NCBI GenBank assembly: GCA_965112735.1
Contig: OZ218957.1
Location: 992,001 to 1,056,000, forward strand
DNA from: Phaeosaccion multiseriatum
Lineage: Eukaryota > Protista > Ochrophyta, other classes
DNA: 64,000 nt
Reading direction: 5' to 3'
Part shown: positions 52,770 to 62,979 of the stretch, one piece after another
Layout of the letters: each line of letters begins with the position of its first letter
Position numbering within the stretch: position 1 is the stretch's first letter
Notes under the pieces: generated by a model
What the model saw: the letters and a program-made list of their open reading frames with translations, nothing else
Databases searched by the model: none
What the model was told of the DNA's origin: nothing
Position numbers and translations under genes: made by a program

Positions 52770-54061
52770 ATGTGTGGGTGTGTGGCTCGCGCAAAGACCC
52801 TGGCGTTAATCTTTCAGCTCGTGACGCTAGGTGTGTGTGTGGCTCATGCGCCAACCAGTTTTTGGTCCGCCAAGAGCGGGATCATTGGCAATCGACTTGG
52901 CGGCTCTGATTCATGGCGGGAACGGCCGGAACGTGCAGGACGAGGGTTGCGTGGCGGGAGGTCTTGGCTAGAGCGTCCTCAAGCGGGAGGGCGAGGGTTC
53001 CGCGGTGGGAGGAGGTGGCATAAGAACAGAAGGACGGAGAGAGGGGGCAGCTGGCTCCGAGGCCAGAGTAGGCGCATAGGAAAAAGAGGAGGAGGTGGTT
53101 TGGCTTTCGTGCAGTTGCAAGACGTGGCCCACGCGTTTACAAATCGGTTGGAGGGATTCACCCCCCCGGCCTATGGACTCGCCATTACGGTGAGGCTGCC
53201 AATGTCTTTCCTGACGGGGTGGGGGGGGAGGGGAAGTGTATGCTGATCATGCAGTGTGTCTCGCCTTCGAATCACTCAGCCGCCAGTGGCCTGACTCAAA
53301 TCCGTGATATGCTGTGATGCGAACCTCATTCCTCCGTCTCACGTCCTGTGTGCCCCTCATCTGTCTTTCCTGTTCCTCACACTGTCACGGCGCAGCTCTG
53401 CAACCTCGTGCCCTTTTTCCCGGGCCAACCACTCAATGCGGGAGCAGGCATGGTGTATGGTTTCCGCACGGGCTGGCCTACAGTGTGCCTCTCGCAAACA
53501 GCTAGCGCCTGCCTGGCCTTTTCGTGCGGCAAGCTTATTCGCAAGTCGCCCAGCTTTCAGCGCTTGCTCAGGACACACGAGGAGAGGGAAGCAGAGGCAA
53601 CTCGTGCAGCTGCACGGAGGAGGACCAAAGGCGTCCGGGAAAACAAGTCCGGCCTGTCTATGGTACTCAACGTGGCCAGTACCTTGACCGCTTCAGACGG
53701 CCTGTGGAGCGCCTTTCTCACCGTAGTGCTCCTGCGGCAAGCGCCTCTACCCTTTTCCATCTCCAACTATATCCTCGGGGCGTTGAGCGAGATTTCGGTG
53801 CTTCCCTTTGCCCTCGGCACCCTCGTGGGCTGCTCTTTCGGTAACGCTATAGTGGTTGCGGCCGGCAAGATGTCCTTGGATATGATGGAAGAGGGCGTGG
53901 CGGCCTCAGGTCACGTGGCACTCAAGGTGATTGCGGTGCTTATATCTCTGAGCGCCACCGTCTTCATGGGGCACATTAGCATGCAGAAGATACGAGCTGC
54001 GGATGAGAATCCCAAGCCCAAGCCAAAGCCAAAGCCAAAGCCAAAGCGAGGGTCAAGGTGA
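52770..54061 (+). CDS. TVP38/TMEM64 (DedA/VTT, SNARE-associated) membrane protein
   Basis: FPGQPLNAGAGMVYGF..G...SQTASACLAF; VLLRQAPLPFSISNYILG...ISVLPFALGTLVG. Signal-like N-terminus, one intron, (KP)n tail. Confidence 0.8.
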
Positions 54062-54261
54062 GGCAGCAGATGAACTGCCATCGGGACCATCGGGCCGGGG
54101 CAAAAGGCGAGAGAGAGACTGTGTGCGGCAGTCAGGCCAAAGTGGAGGCCTATGGGTACTCACTTCTCTTTAGAGGCAGGCAACAACATTAGAGACTGCG
54201 AAACAGGCTGGTCTTTGGGTTCAGTGACTGAACACATTTTTTTTTAATTTAGAAGGAAGTG

Positions 54262-55462
54262 TTAGATGGACGCAAAGTTGCAGGCATGCGGGTTTGTGAT
54301 GCGGACAATGTCCCCTGGCGAGTCCTTCTCAAAGCTCGCCGTGTCGCTCCACATGTGCCGCCCCTCCGCCTCATTGAACTCCCATTTGCCCGAGTGTTTG
54401 GTCCGCCTCACCCTCAGGATGGGCTCTTTCGCCAACCGATTGTACGTCTCTGGCAGAGGCGCAGGCTCGGGCTCCACGAGGCGCGTGACGTTCCCCGTCC
54501 GCTTTAGTTCTCGCACTCGCTCATTGCTCTCCCGCTGGAGCTGTATCAGGGACTTACGCGGCCGCTTCCCCGAGGTGGTGGCTGCTCTCTCTCTCTGATG
54601 GCTCGCGGAGGCGCGGTCTACCACGCGGCCACTCGCCGTCCACGCCCGCCCTGTTTGGCCTGGGCCCCCTCGCTTATTCCCACGCGTCCCTACGCTCCCC
54701 AACCTGTTCTTGTTCGCACTCGTGTTGCTACACACGACGCTATCATTCCACCGGGGTTGTGCCCTGAGCTTCGGATGAGTGGGCATTTCTTCCGTCCTCT
54801 TGGGCTTGTTTATTACGTTGTCAGGGTAGTTGTCTCTGGCCACGCGTCTGCGAGCAACTTCTGCTGGTGGGACGTGTCTGACGTCAAACGTTCCCTCCCT
54901 TGGCACCGGCAGGGGCGTCTTACGAGGCAGCACCTCGGCCCTGTAGTTATACGCATAGGCCTTGCCAGGGTCTTGCTCATAGTTCGCCATACAGCGAAGC
55001 GGTTGCGTGAAGGGAAGTTGCACGCTCCCGTTGAACGCTTGCTTCTGTCCCCGAAGGAGAGTTTTGCTCGATTTCCACTCTAGCACCTCCTGTCTACGCC
55101 GCTGCTGGTCCTGATTTGTGTCCATGCTGTGGAACACCCGCTCCTCTCTCCAGAAATTCTTTGGGCCTGGGGCGTAGGAACAAGCAATTTGAATGTGGCG
55201 GGTACACGCGTGGGTCGTAAGTGCTTTTCGCTGCGTAAGCGGCCATGCCTACTTACTACTTGTACGCGTGCTAACGCAACGCCGGAACCAATACGTACGA
55301 GAGACATGGAGATTCGGGAGGTGCTCACTCATTCCCCCCCACCCCCCCCCCCGGCTCGTCCTCCCACTCAAAAGGCGACGGCAACCAAGGACGAGACCTA
55401 CCTTTGCATGATCCAACCCGAAACTGGGCCTTGAGGTACGGATGGGTGGTGACTCTCGACAT
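54262..55462 (-). CDS. Hypothetical basic protein
   Basis: A 291-aa stop-free ORF (54262-55137) plus a likely first exon MSRVTTHPYLKAQFRVGSCK. No domain recognised. Confidence 0.55.
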
Positions 55463-55723
55463 GTCGTCTGGTGGCCCTTGCCCCGCGGTGGGCGCAGAGC
55501 TTGAGGTGTAAGCCCTAGAGCCGAGCATCGTCCCCGAGTCTATCATTCTTACCACAAATTTCCCAGGGAGAGAGCGGGGACTATCTCAGCCCCTTATCTT
55601 CCACACCTTTCCACTCCCACGCCTCCTCTGGACCTTCTCTTTTCTGTCGTGACTTTTTTTTTGAGCAAAATTTGTAACGTTCCCTTACTCCGACGGCGCC
55701 TCTGAGGGCGCTTCTTGCCCGCG

Positions 55724-55777
55724 GCGGATAGGCTGACGCCGGCGATAGCGGATAGCGGATAGTGCATCAGGGGTTGA
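55724..55777. mobile_element. Decayed terminal fragment of the TCGA-TIR element family
   Basis: gccggcgatagcggatagcgg followed by gatagtgcatcaggggttga (16/20 match to the TIR). Confidence 0.6.
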
Positions 55778-55882
55778 TTCTTGAGCCTCTGACCACCAGA
55801 CATGATTGAGCTAGCCTCCAGCCTCCTAGCCTCAGCCGGCGCAATAAGAATCAGGTATGGCCGGCGCCAGCCGGCTCTCTAT

Positions 55883-56224
55883 TCGACCCCTGACACGCTA
55901 TCGCTCACATTCTCGATAGCGCGCTATCGGCCGCCGGCCAATAGCGGATAGCGTGCCGGCTGGCGCCGGCCGATAGCGGATAGCGCGCCGGCTGGCGTCA
56001 GCTCTCCCCCCCCCCCCCCCACGGTGCGGTAGCAGCTGACGCTGGCGATAGCGGATAGCGCGCCGGCTGGCGCCGGCGATAGCGGATAGCGAGCCGGCTG
56101 CGCGCCGGCGATAGCAGATAGCGAGCCGGCTGCGCCGGCGATAGCGGATAGCGCGCCGGAGATAGCGGATAGCGTGCCGGCTGGCGCCGGCGATAGCGTT
56201 AGCGGATAGCGTGTCAGGGGTCGA
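55883..56224 (+). mobile_element. Non-autonomous DNA transposon (MITE-like), copy 1, 342 bp
   Basis: Perfect 20-bp TIRs TCGACCCCTGACACGCTATC / GATAGCGTGTCAGGGGTCGA. 6-bp TSD CTCTAT (55877-55882, 56225-56230). Internal GATAGCGGATAGC repeats and a central poly-C tract. Confidence 0.92.
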
Positions 56225-56408
56225 CTCTATCAGCTCGCATCAATAGCGCTTATGGCTCAGTAGCGCATCAAGGATCGAGAGTAGAGCCAGCCTCAGGCCT
56301 CGGAAGCCCACCTCAAACGAATCAGCTGTGCTCTAGACCATTATTACCCGTCAAAAATGTCTCAGCAAAAATTTCATGTCGCCTTGTGTCTTGTCTACTT
56401 CTCTGTGC

Positions 56409-59400
56409 TCACCACCCTCCACCACCTCCTCCTCCTCCTCTTCCACCACCACCTCCTCGACCCCCTCCACCGCCGCGGCCTCCACCACCACCTCGCCCGC
56501 CACGCCCTCCTCCTCCTCCTCCGCCCCGGCCTCCACCGCCGCCCCTGCCGCCTCCTCCTCTTCCTCCTTGCATGGAACGCTCGCTCTTGGGCACTCCATC
56601 GCGGCCTTCAATGCGCAGCCCCTGCACCCCCTTGAGCCCCATCTTGCCCACAGTTTGGGGCAGAAGAGTGGGGATTTCAGGGCTCAGGCACACCTTCGTG
56701 ACCCAATCATTTGCTGTCTCCACAAGGTCATCCTTGCTCCACCCCAGCCTCTTGAGGTTACCGTTGTTGAAGCCCATCCACGCCTGGTACGCCATGGCTA
56801 CGGTCTTGGGACTCAGCTTGTGGAGAGCCCGCTCGCACGTTCTGCAGATCCGAGGGAGGAGGGATGAGGGGGAAAGAGGTTTCTTTTGAGTATGCTGGCA
56901 GGGTCAGGGGGAGGGCAGGGGCAGAAGACCACACAACAAGGCCACGCGTAGTCTGTCTTACCGCTGCATCTCCTGCAGCTCGTGTGGCGGCATGGCAGGG
57001 TGCTCCTTCAGGGGCAAGTCCCTCACCTAAGGAAGGGACCGACCGATATCCCACGTGAAGGGAGCAGAGAGGCGAGAGGGAGAGGGAGGGGGACGAGAGG
57101 GAGATGGTGGGAAGGGAATGGGAGGGGGTCGAGGAGGGACCGTGAGGCTCGGTCCTATTCCAGAGGGGGGGGGCTCATCTAAGCGGGCGGACAGGTAGGC
57201 ATGCAGCAACAGACAGACAGGCAGGCAAAGGCCCCTTCTGACGCGCTGCCACTCACCAGTCGCAGGAAGCCCCTCTCAAAGCGGCACAGCAGCAGGGTTC
57301 CGCTTCCAGACTTGCCCGCCCTTGCCGTCCTTCCGAGGCGGTGAATGTATTGCGCCTTGTCGGACGGGAGACCGACCTTCGCAAGTGTATGGGGTGAGAC
57401 ATAAGGCACGTGGGATCGTGGTCAATGGCGGGGACGGTGGCAGCAGAACAGACAACAAGCAGTAGGAGCTCAGCGAGAGACACAGACGCATGAAAGAGCT
57501 GCGGTGTGTATACGCAGGCCTTGTAGGAGGGAAGGAAAGAATCAATGCGAATCAAGAAGCCAAGCAAACCGAACAGGGCCGCCCTTGGCCCCTTCCCTTC
57601 CCTCTTTCGATACCTGAATGACCGAGGTCACGTCGGGGTAATCCATGCCTCTCGCGCTGACGTCACTGGTGAACATGATCATGGAACTGCCGTTACGGAA
57701 CTGCAAGTTCAAGGCGGATCACCGAGGAGGAGGAGGAGGAGGAGGAGGAGAGGAGAGAGAGTGTGTTTGTTGTACAGCACCGTTAGCGTAAGTCAGTCAG
57801 TCATTCAGTCAGTCAGTCAGTCAGTCAGTCAGTCAGTCAGTCAGTCAGTGGTTCGATGAGTGCAATGCCAAAGGGAGGGGTGCAGACATCCCGAGCGGGG
57901 CTAGCGGCTAAGGAGAGGGCCATATTTGTGGCCAAGGAGAGGGTCCTCTTTGGTATTCGCGATAAGCACGCACCTTCTCGGAAACCTTGTTCCTGTGGCT
58001 CTGGCTCTTGCGAGAGTGAATCTCCAGCACATCGATGCCCATCAGGTTGAAGAGCTCGGCGTAGAACTGAGTCAGGCGGGCAGTGGTGAAGAACACGATC
58101 ACCTTGAAGCTACAGAGAGACAGGCAGACAGACAGACAGACAGACAGGGGTGGACAGACAGGCAGACAGACAGGGGTGGACAGGCAGGTAGACAGAGGGT
58201 CAGGACGACACGAGAGGGGAGGAGGGGGGAGCGACCCAGCCCAGCCAGGCCCTCCCTCCTTGCTGGGGAAAGAACGAAGAGGATTTCTGCCCTGCCCTGC
58301 CCTGCCCTGCCCTTGCACTACACTGCAATGTCACGTCACTGCACGGTATTGTATTACTCACTCGGGATCCTCCTGCTGAGCCTCCTTGATGAGCCCCATC
58401 ATCTCCGCCATGAGGTTCTCAAGCTCGCACACGATGTAGTTTTGAGGCACGTGCTCGTGCGTAGACTCTGCAGGGGGTGAGAGAGGTAAAGAGGGGTGGG
58501 CAGGCAGGTAGGTAGGTGGGTAGGTAAGTACACAGGGGGAGAGGAAAGGCCTATATGTCTATCTATCCACCTAACTGTCTCTGTATCCATCAGGCCTTTG
58601 CCAGGTGGATGGGTGAGGGGGGGGGGGCAAGAACAGGGAAAGCAAAGAGAGGCAGCAGAGAGACCAGCAGAAAGAGAAAAACTACAGCATAGTCGAAGCC
58701 CCCCCGCACCTTCCTCTCCGACTGTGTCGAGGTACTCGTACTGGGGCCTGAGGGCGAGTTTGGAGATGGTCTGCACATCCTCGGGCATGGTGGCACTAAA
58801 AAGCAGTGTCTGGCGGGCCGCGGGGGGTGGGAGGTTCTTGAGCATGGCGATGATGTCGTTTCGGAAACCCATCTCCAAGAGCTGGTCCGCCTCGTCGAAG
58901 ATGAGCACACCAAGGCTGCTCACGAGGTTTGAGAGGCTGAATGATTGATAGAGAGGGGCATGGGCATCATCATTGTTGGTAGTTGCATGGACAGAAGGAA
59001 GGAAGGAAGGGGGGGGGGTTAGGGCCGGAGATAGCGATAGACGGAGCTTTGGGGGCGCGTAGTGAACAGATGTAGCAAAGCGCGGGTAGGGAGCACAGCA
59101 GGTACAGATAACAAATGGGTCTTGCAGGCTCTTCTTCCCGTCCTCGCGCGCCTCCTTCCCCTATGGCTCGCTCACCCGTTGTTATCCAAGTGGTCGTTGA
59201 GCCTGCCAACGGTGCCCACCAAGAGGTCGGGCGGGTTGGCTCTCAGCCGCTTGATGTCGGTATTTACATTTGTTCCACCCACCACAACCTGCAGGCAGAG
59301 CGAGTGCAGCACAACACCAGACATGAGTGGGCAACATGAAAGGAGAAAGGGGGGCAGATGTCACAGCGAAAGAAGTGGCTTAGATGTCACAGCGAAAGAA

Positions 59401-60931
59401 GTGGCGGGGCTCCGGCCACTCATGTCAGTGAGTCCGCAGACAGACAGGCATCCAAGCAATCGTCTCTCTTACACCTGGGGCTAGTCCTAGCAGCGTACAC
59501 CACACACCGCCACTCGTCACTTCCCAATTGATACAGCAATATTCTTATCGAGTAAGTAAACTCTAACACAATAGACGCGAACCTCCACAGATGGCGGACG
59601 CCTTCCTTCTCCCTCTTGTACTGTACTGACGACTTGTCCTCCTCACCGCACTGTACGATGGATGCAATATGGGTACTGTACCTGATAGGTCAAGTCGTGG
59701 AACTTGAGCAGCTGCTCGGCCTCGTCGCAGATCTGCTGAGCCAACTCGCGGGTGGGGGACACGACGAGGATGCTGACCTTGCCTGAGGAAGAGGAGGAGG
59801 AGGAGGAGGAGGAGGAGGAGGAGGAGGAGGGAAGCGGCAGGACGGGGGTGAGGGGCGGATGGCTTTGGGTAGGAGCAATCGTTGTGCTTTCCGACGAAGA
59901 TGGTCCTTGCAATGTGCGGAGAGAGACAGTATTGAAGGCTACTCTTCTACTTGCTCACTCACCTCGACGTGTATTGGCGGGTGTGACCGCACAGCGCTCA
60001 ATGGCCGGGATGAGGAAGCCGAGCGTCTGCAAGGACCGAGCGACGCCAGCAGTCAGAGAAGGGAAGCAAAGGGACGGCGGAAAGGGGTTCGTTCTCAAAT
60101 ACAGAGGACAGAGTGTGTGTGTACGGATACCGCGCCTTCAGATCTCTCACCTTGCCTGTGCCCGTCTTGGCCTTTGCCAAAAGGTCACCTCCACCGAGCG
60201 CAATGGGAATGGCCTGTGCCTGCACCAGGGTGGCAGTCTCGTAGCCCATGACCTCCCTCAACCCCCGCATTGTGGCTTCCGAGAGAGACATGTCGGCGAA
60301 GCTGTGGAGCAGCAGAGGATGAGGAGCCACAAACATATGGAAGATGTAAGATGTCAAGACAGGCAGTGCGAGGGGGGGGGGGAAGGCGCCTCTGTAGGCA
60401 CAGGAATCCGATGCATCACCACTGCCAGTCGCTATCCACCGGCACTCACCGTGTGCCCGTCATTTGAGACATGGTGGTGGACGACGTCCTTGAGTTGGGG
60501 TTCAATACTGCCTGCTGCCCCTGAGGAGGAGGGGGGGCCATTCTCTGCCCCCCTCCACCCATCTGCTGGCCGTCGAACTGCTGTGGCGGGGGCGGGGCGC
60601 GGCTATTGTAGTCCGTTCTGAAGCGCTTGGCGTCGTGCCCTCCCCCCCCTGGTCCTCCTCCTCCTCCTCCTCCCCTCCCCCTGCCTGCGTATCCTCGTCC
60701 CCCACCCCCACCTGATCTCCTCCCTCTCCCACCCGAGGTCCTCCCTCCGCCTCCGCGCCCTCCTCCTCCGTCCGCCATGGTGCTGAAGGCGGGGATGACC
60801 GTTCTTCTTGTGACCTTTTGAAAACTATGGCTTTTCACACCCCCGATGACGTGAGCAGCAAAGCTCGTGGGGCTATGAACAAAAGCGCGACAAGGTACTC
60901 CGAGTAGTGCGGCAGCGAGGAGTCGATTCAT
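56409..60931 (-). CDS. DEAD-box RNA helicase, MSS116/CYT-19/plant RH25-26-31 type, with bipartite presequence and RGG boxes
   Basis: ATLVQAQAIP; AKTGTGK|TLGF; SPTRELA; FDEADQLLEMGF; FSAT; EIHSRKSQ; SDVSARGMDYP; YIHRLGRTAR; C-terminal extension AYQAWMGF...KMGLKG followed by an RGG tail. Confidence 0.93.
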
Positions 60932-61198
60932 TCAGAGGGAAGCTTAAGAGGGGAAAAAATGAGAGCTCCAAGGGCCCCACAACGGAAGGCCAACACACTG
61001 AAACTTAGAACTGCTTCTGACACGATCCACCCCCCCCCCAGAGTGAGCCGGCCTTGACGGCTACCGCCGGCGATTCGTAGCGTACGGTGAGAGCGCTTGA
61101 GGAAGACGGCAGTAGAAAGCTTCACATTCTTATTATGTACATGTTGGATGAAATCGTTCTCGCGAATCAATCCTGTAGACGCCGCAGCGGGGCTGCGT

Positions 61199-61577
61199 TC
61201 GACCCCTGACACGCTATCCGCTAACGCTATCGCCGGCGCCAGCCGGCACGCTATCCGCTATCTCCGGCGCGCTATCCGCTATCGCCGGCGCAGCCGGCTC
61301 GCTATCCGCTATCGCCGGCGCGCAGCCGGCTCGCTATCCGCTATCGCCGGCGCGCAGCCGGCTCGCTATCCGCTATCGCCAGCGTCAGCTGCTACCGCAC
61401 CGGGGGGGGGGGGGGGGGAGAGCTGACGCCAGCCGGCGCGCTATCCGCTATCGGCCGGCGCCAGCCGGCACGCTATCCGCTATCGGCCGGCGCCAGCCGG
61501 CACGCTATCCGCTATTGGCCGGCGGCCGATAGCGCGCTATCGGGCCCGCCGGGGCGCGATAGCGTGTCAGGGGTCGA
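61199..61577 (-). mobile_element. Non-autonomous DNA transposon (MITE-like), copy 2, 379 bp, inverted relative to copy 1
   Basis: Same 20-bp TIRs. 6-bp TSD CTGCGT (61193-61198, 61578-61583). GCTATCCGCTATC repeats and a central poly-G tract. Confidence 0.92.
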
Positions 61578-61690
61578 CTGCGTAAGTACTCTTTGTGTTT
61601 GTGCCTCTTTGCCCTCTCCTGGACTGCATCGCGGCCCACACACACGCGCGCCTCTCCCTTGCTCCGTCCCTGCTGCCTATCGTGTCTTCC

Positions 61691-62917
61691 TCACAGGTGG
61701 CCGAGACTAATGGTATTCACGTAGGAAGCGTACAGGTACAGGCCCGCCCCAACGTACAGCAAAGGGTGGGCAATGACGCCCTTGACGGCGGTCCACTTAC
61801 CGCAGTCTCGGTCGGGCTCCTCCCCCTCTTGGACCCATCCGCCGGGGTCCTTTCCCTCTGCAGCCTGCCTGCCTCCTCCCGGTTCCCCGCTCAACGATGC
61901 CTCTTCTTCAGGTCGCTGCTGCCCTTCGGTCAGCGACTCTTCAGGAGCATCACTACCTCTACTGCTTCTTCTCAGGTACACGCTGTTCATGGACTCAGAG
62001 AGGTAGTCCACGTTGCGGCTGAGCCTGCGCTCTTCCTCGCCGAGGCCGTCATCGTCATCGTCATCTTCGTTGTCCTTTCCGAACACAAAGTCATACAAGA
62101 TTTCCCCATTTGGGTCCTCGTCTTGCGATTCATGACAAGCATCGCGACTTCGCCTTCTCACATGAGAAGCCACCTTCCTCACGCTCTTGAGGCTGCAGTG
62201 TAGTTGACTTCCGTTACTCATTTTTGCACTGCCCTCTGTTGCACTGCTCGTGACGCCGCCACTGCCGCCCAAGCTACCGCTGCTACTACTCCTGCTCCAA
62301 GTGCTGCTACTTATGGTGCTAGCGGTGCTGTCCGCACCGCTGCTGCCCTTTCTCTGCCGTGAGGCCGAATCCAACTCCCACTCCCGTCCCAGCGCTTGCA
62401 CTTGACTCCACGACGACAGTGGAACAGTACTCTCCGGCTCCTCCCCTATCGCCGCTGCTGTAATTTTCAGCGCCTGTAAGCGCGATATCCGAGGGGACCC
62501 TTTGCGGGGGCGTAGCTTCCTCCTCCGCTCTTCACGCTCCTCCCCCCAGACAGGGCCGCTCAGAGGAAAGTCCAAACTTGAGGCTGCTGATTCGTACCCG
62601 TCTTCCTCCTCCAGGGCCTCGTCATCTCCATCGCTCTCAGAGATCCACGTAACAAGGTCAGGGCCAGACTCCATCACATCAATACTCCTCTCCACCTCAT
62701 CCACCTCGTCCACGGCCTGCCGTGGTTGCCCCCAAGGGCTTCGGACTTTAGATGTCGCCACCGTGAGATGCAGGTGGGTCCGCACGCAGGTTCCGGCTGC
62801 GATGCACGCCCCACAAGATCCTCTATCAACGGGGCACGGCGCTACCACCCTCGTCCTTTCCTCCCTTTCTCCACAGATTTTATTCCCAACGGGGCCCGGA
62901 GGGTGATTTATTGACAT
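61691..62917 (-). CDS. Hypothetical acidic/Ser-rich protein with a C-terminal hydrophobic (tail-anchor-like) segment; start 62917 or 62674
   Basis: Stop-free ORF of more than 320 codons ending VIAHPLLYVGAGLYLYASYVNTISLGHL*. Confidence 0.6.
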   Translation of the reverse strand: MSINHPPGPVGNKICGEREERTRVVAPCPVDRGSCGACIAAGTCVRTHLHLTVATSKVRSPWGQPRQAVDEVDEVERSIDVMESGPDLVTWISESDGDDEALEEEDGYESAASSLDFPLSGPVWGEEREERRRKLRPRKGSPRISRLQALKITAAAIGEEPESTVPLSSWSQVQALGREWELDSASRQRKGSSGADSTASTISSSTWSRSSSSGSLGGSGGVTSSATEGSAKMSNGSQLHCSLKSVRKVASHVRRRSRDACHESQDEDPNGEILYDFVFGKDNEDDDDDDGLGEEERRLSRNVDYLSESMNSVYLRRSSRGSDAPEESLTEGQQRPEEEASLSGEPGGGRQAAEGKDPGGWVQEGEEPDRDCGKWTAVKGVIAHPLLYVGAGLYLYASYVNTISLGHL

Positions 62918-62979
62918 ACGGGAGGTGTCCCGCCGCCGGACTACACAGTTTCGTATATCCCTCACAGTGGGGGAGAGAA

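Noticed and set aside
55930-56210. CRISPR-like array of GATAGCGGATAGC repeats
   Set aside because: The spacers are themselves near-identical and short, the array is bounded by TIRs and TSDs, there are no cas genes, and the context is eukaryotic.
55883-61577. An already-transposed composite transposon carrying the helicase
   Set aside because: The outer flanks (CTCTAT vs CTGCGT) differ and each MITE has its own TSD, so the unit did not arrive by a single insertion and shows no sign of having inverted.
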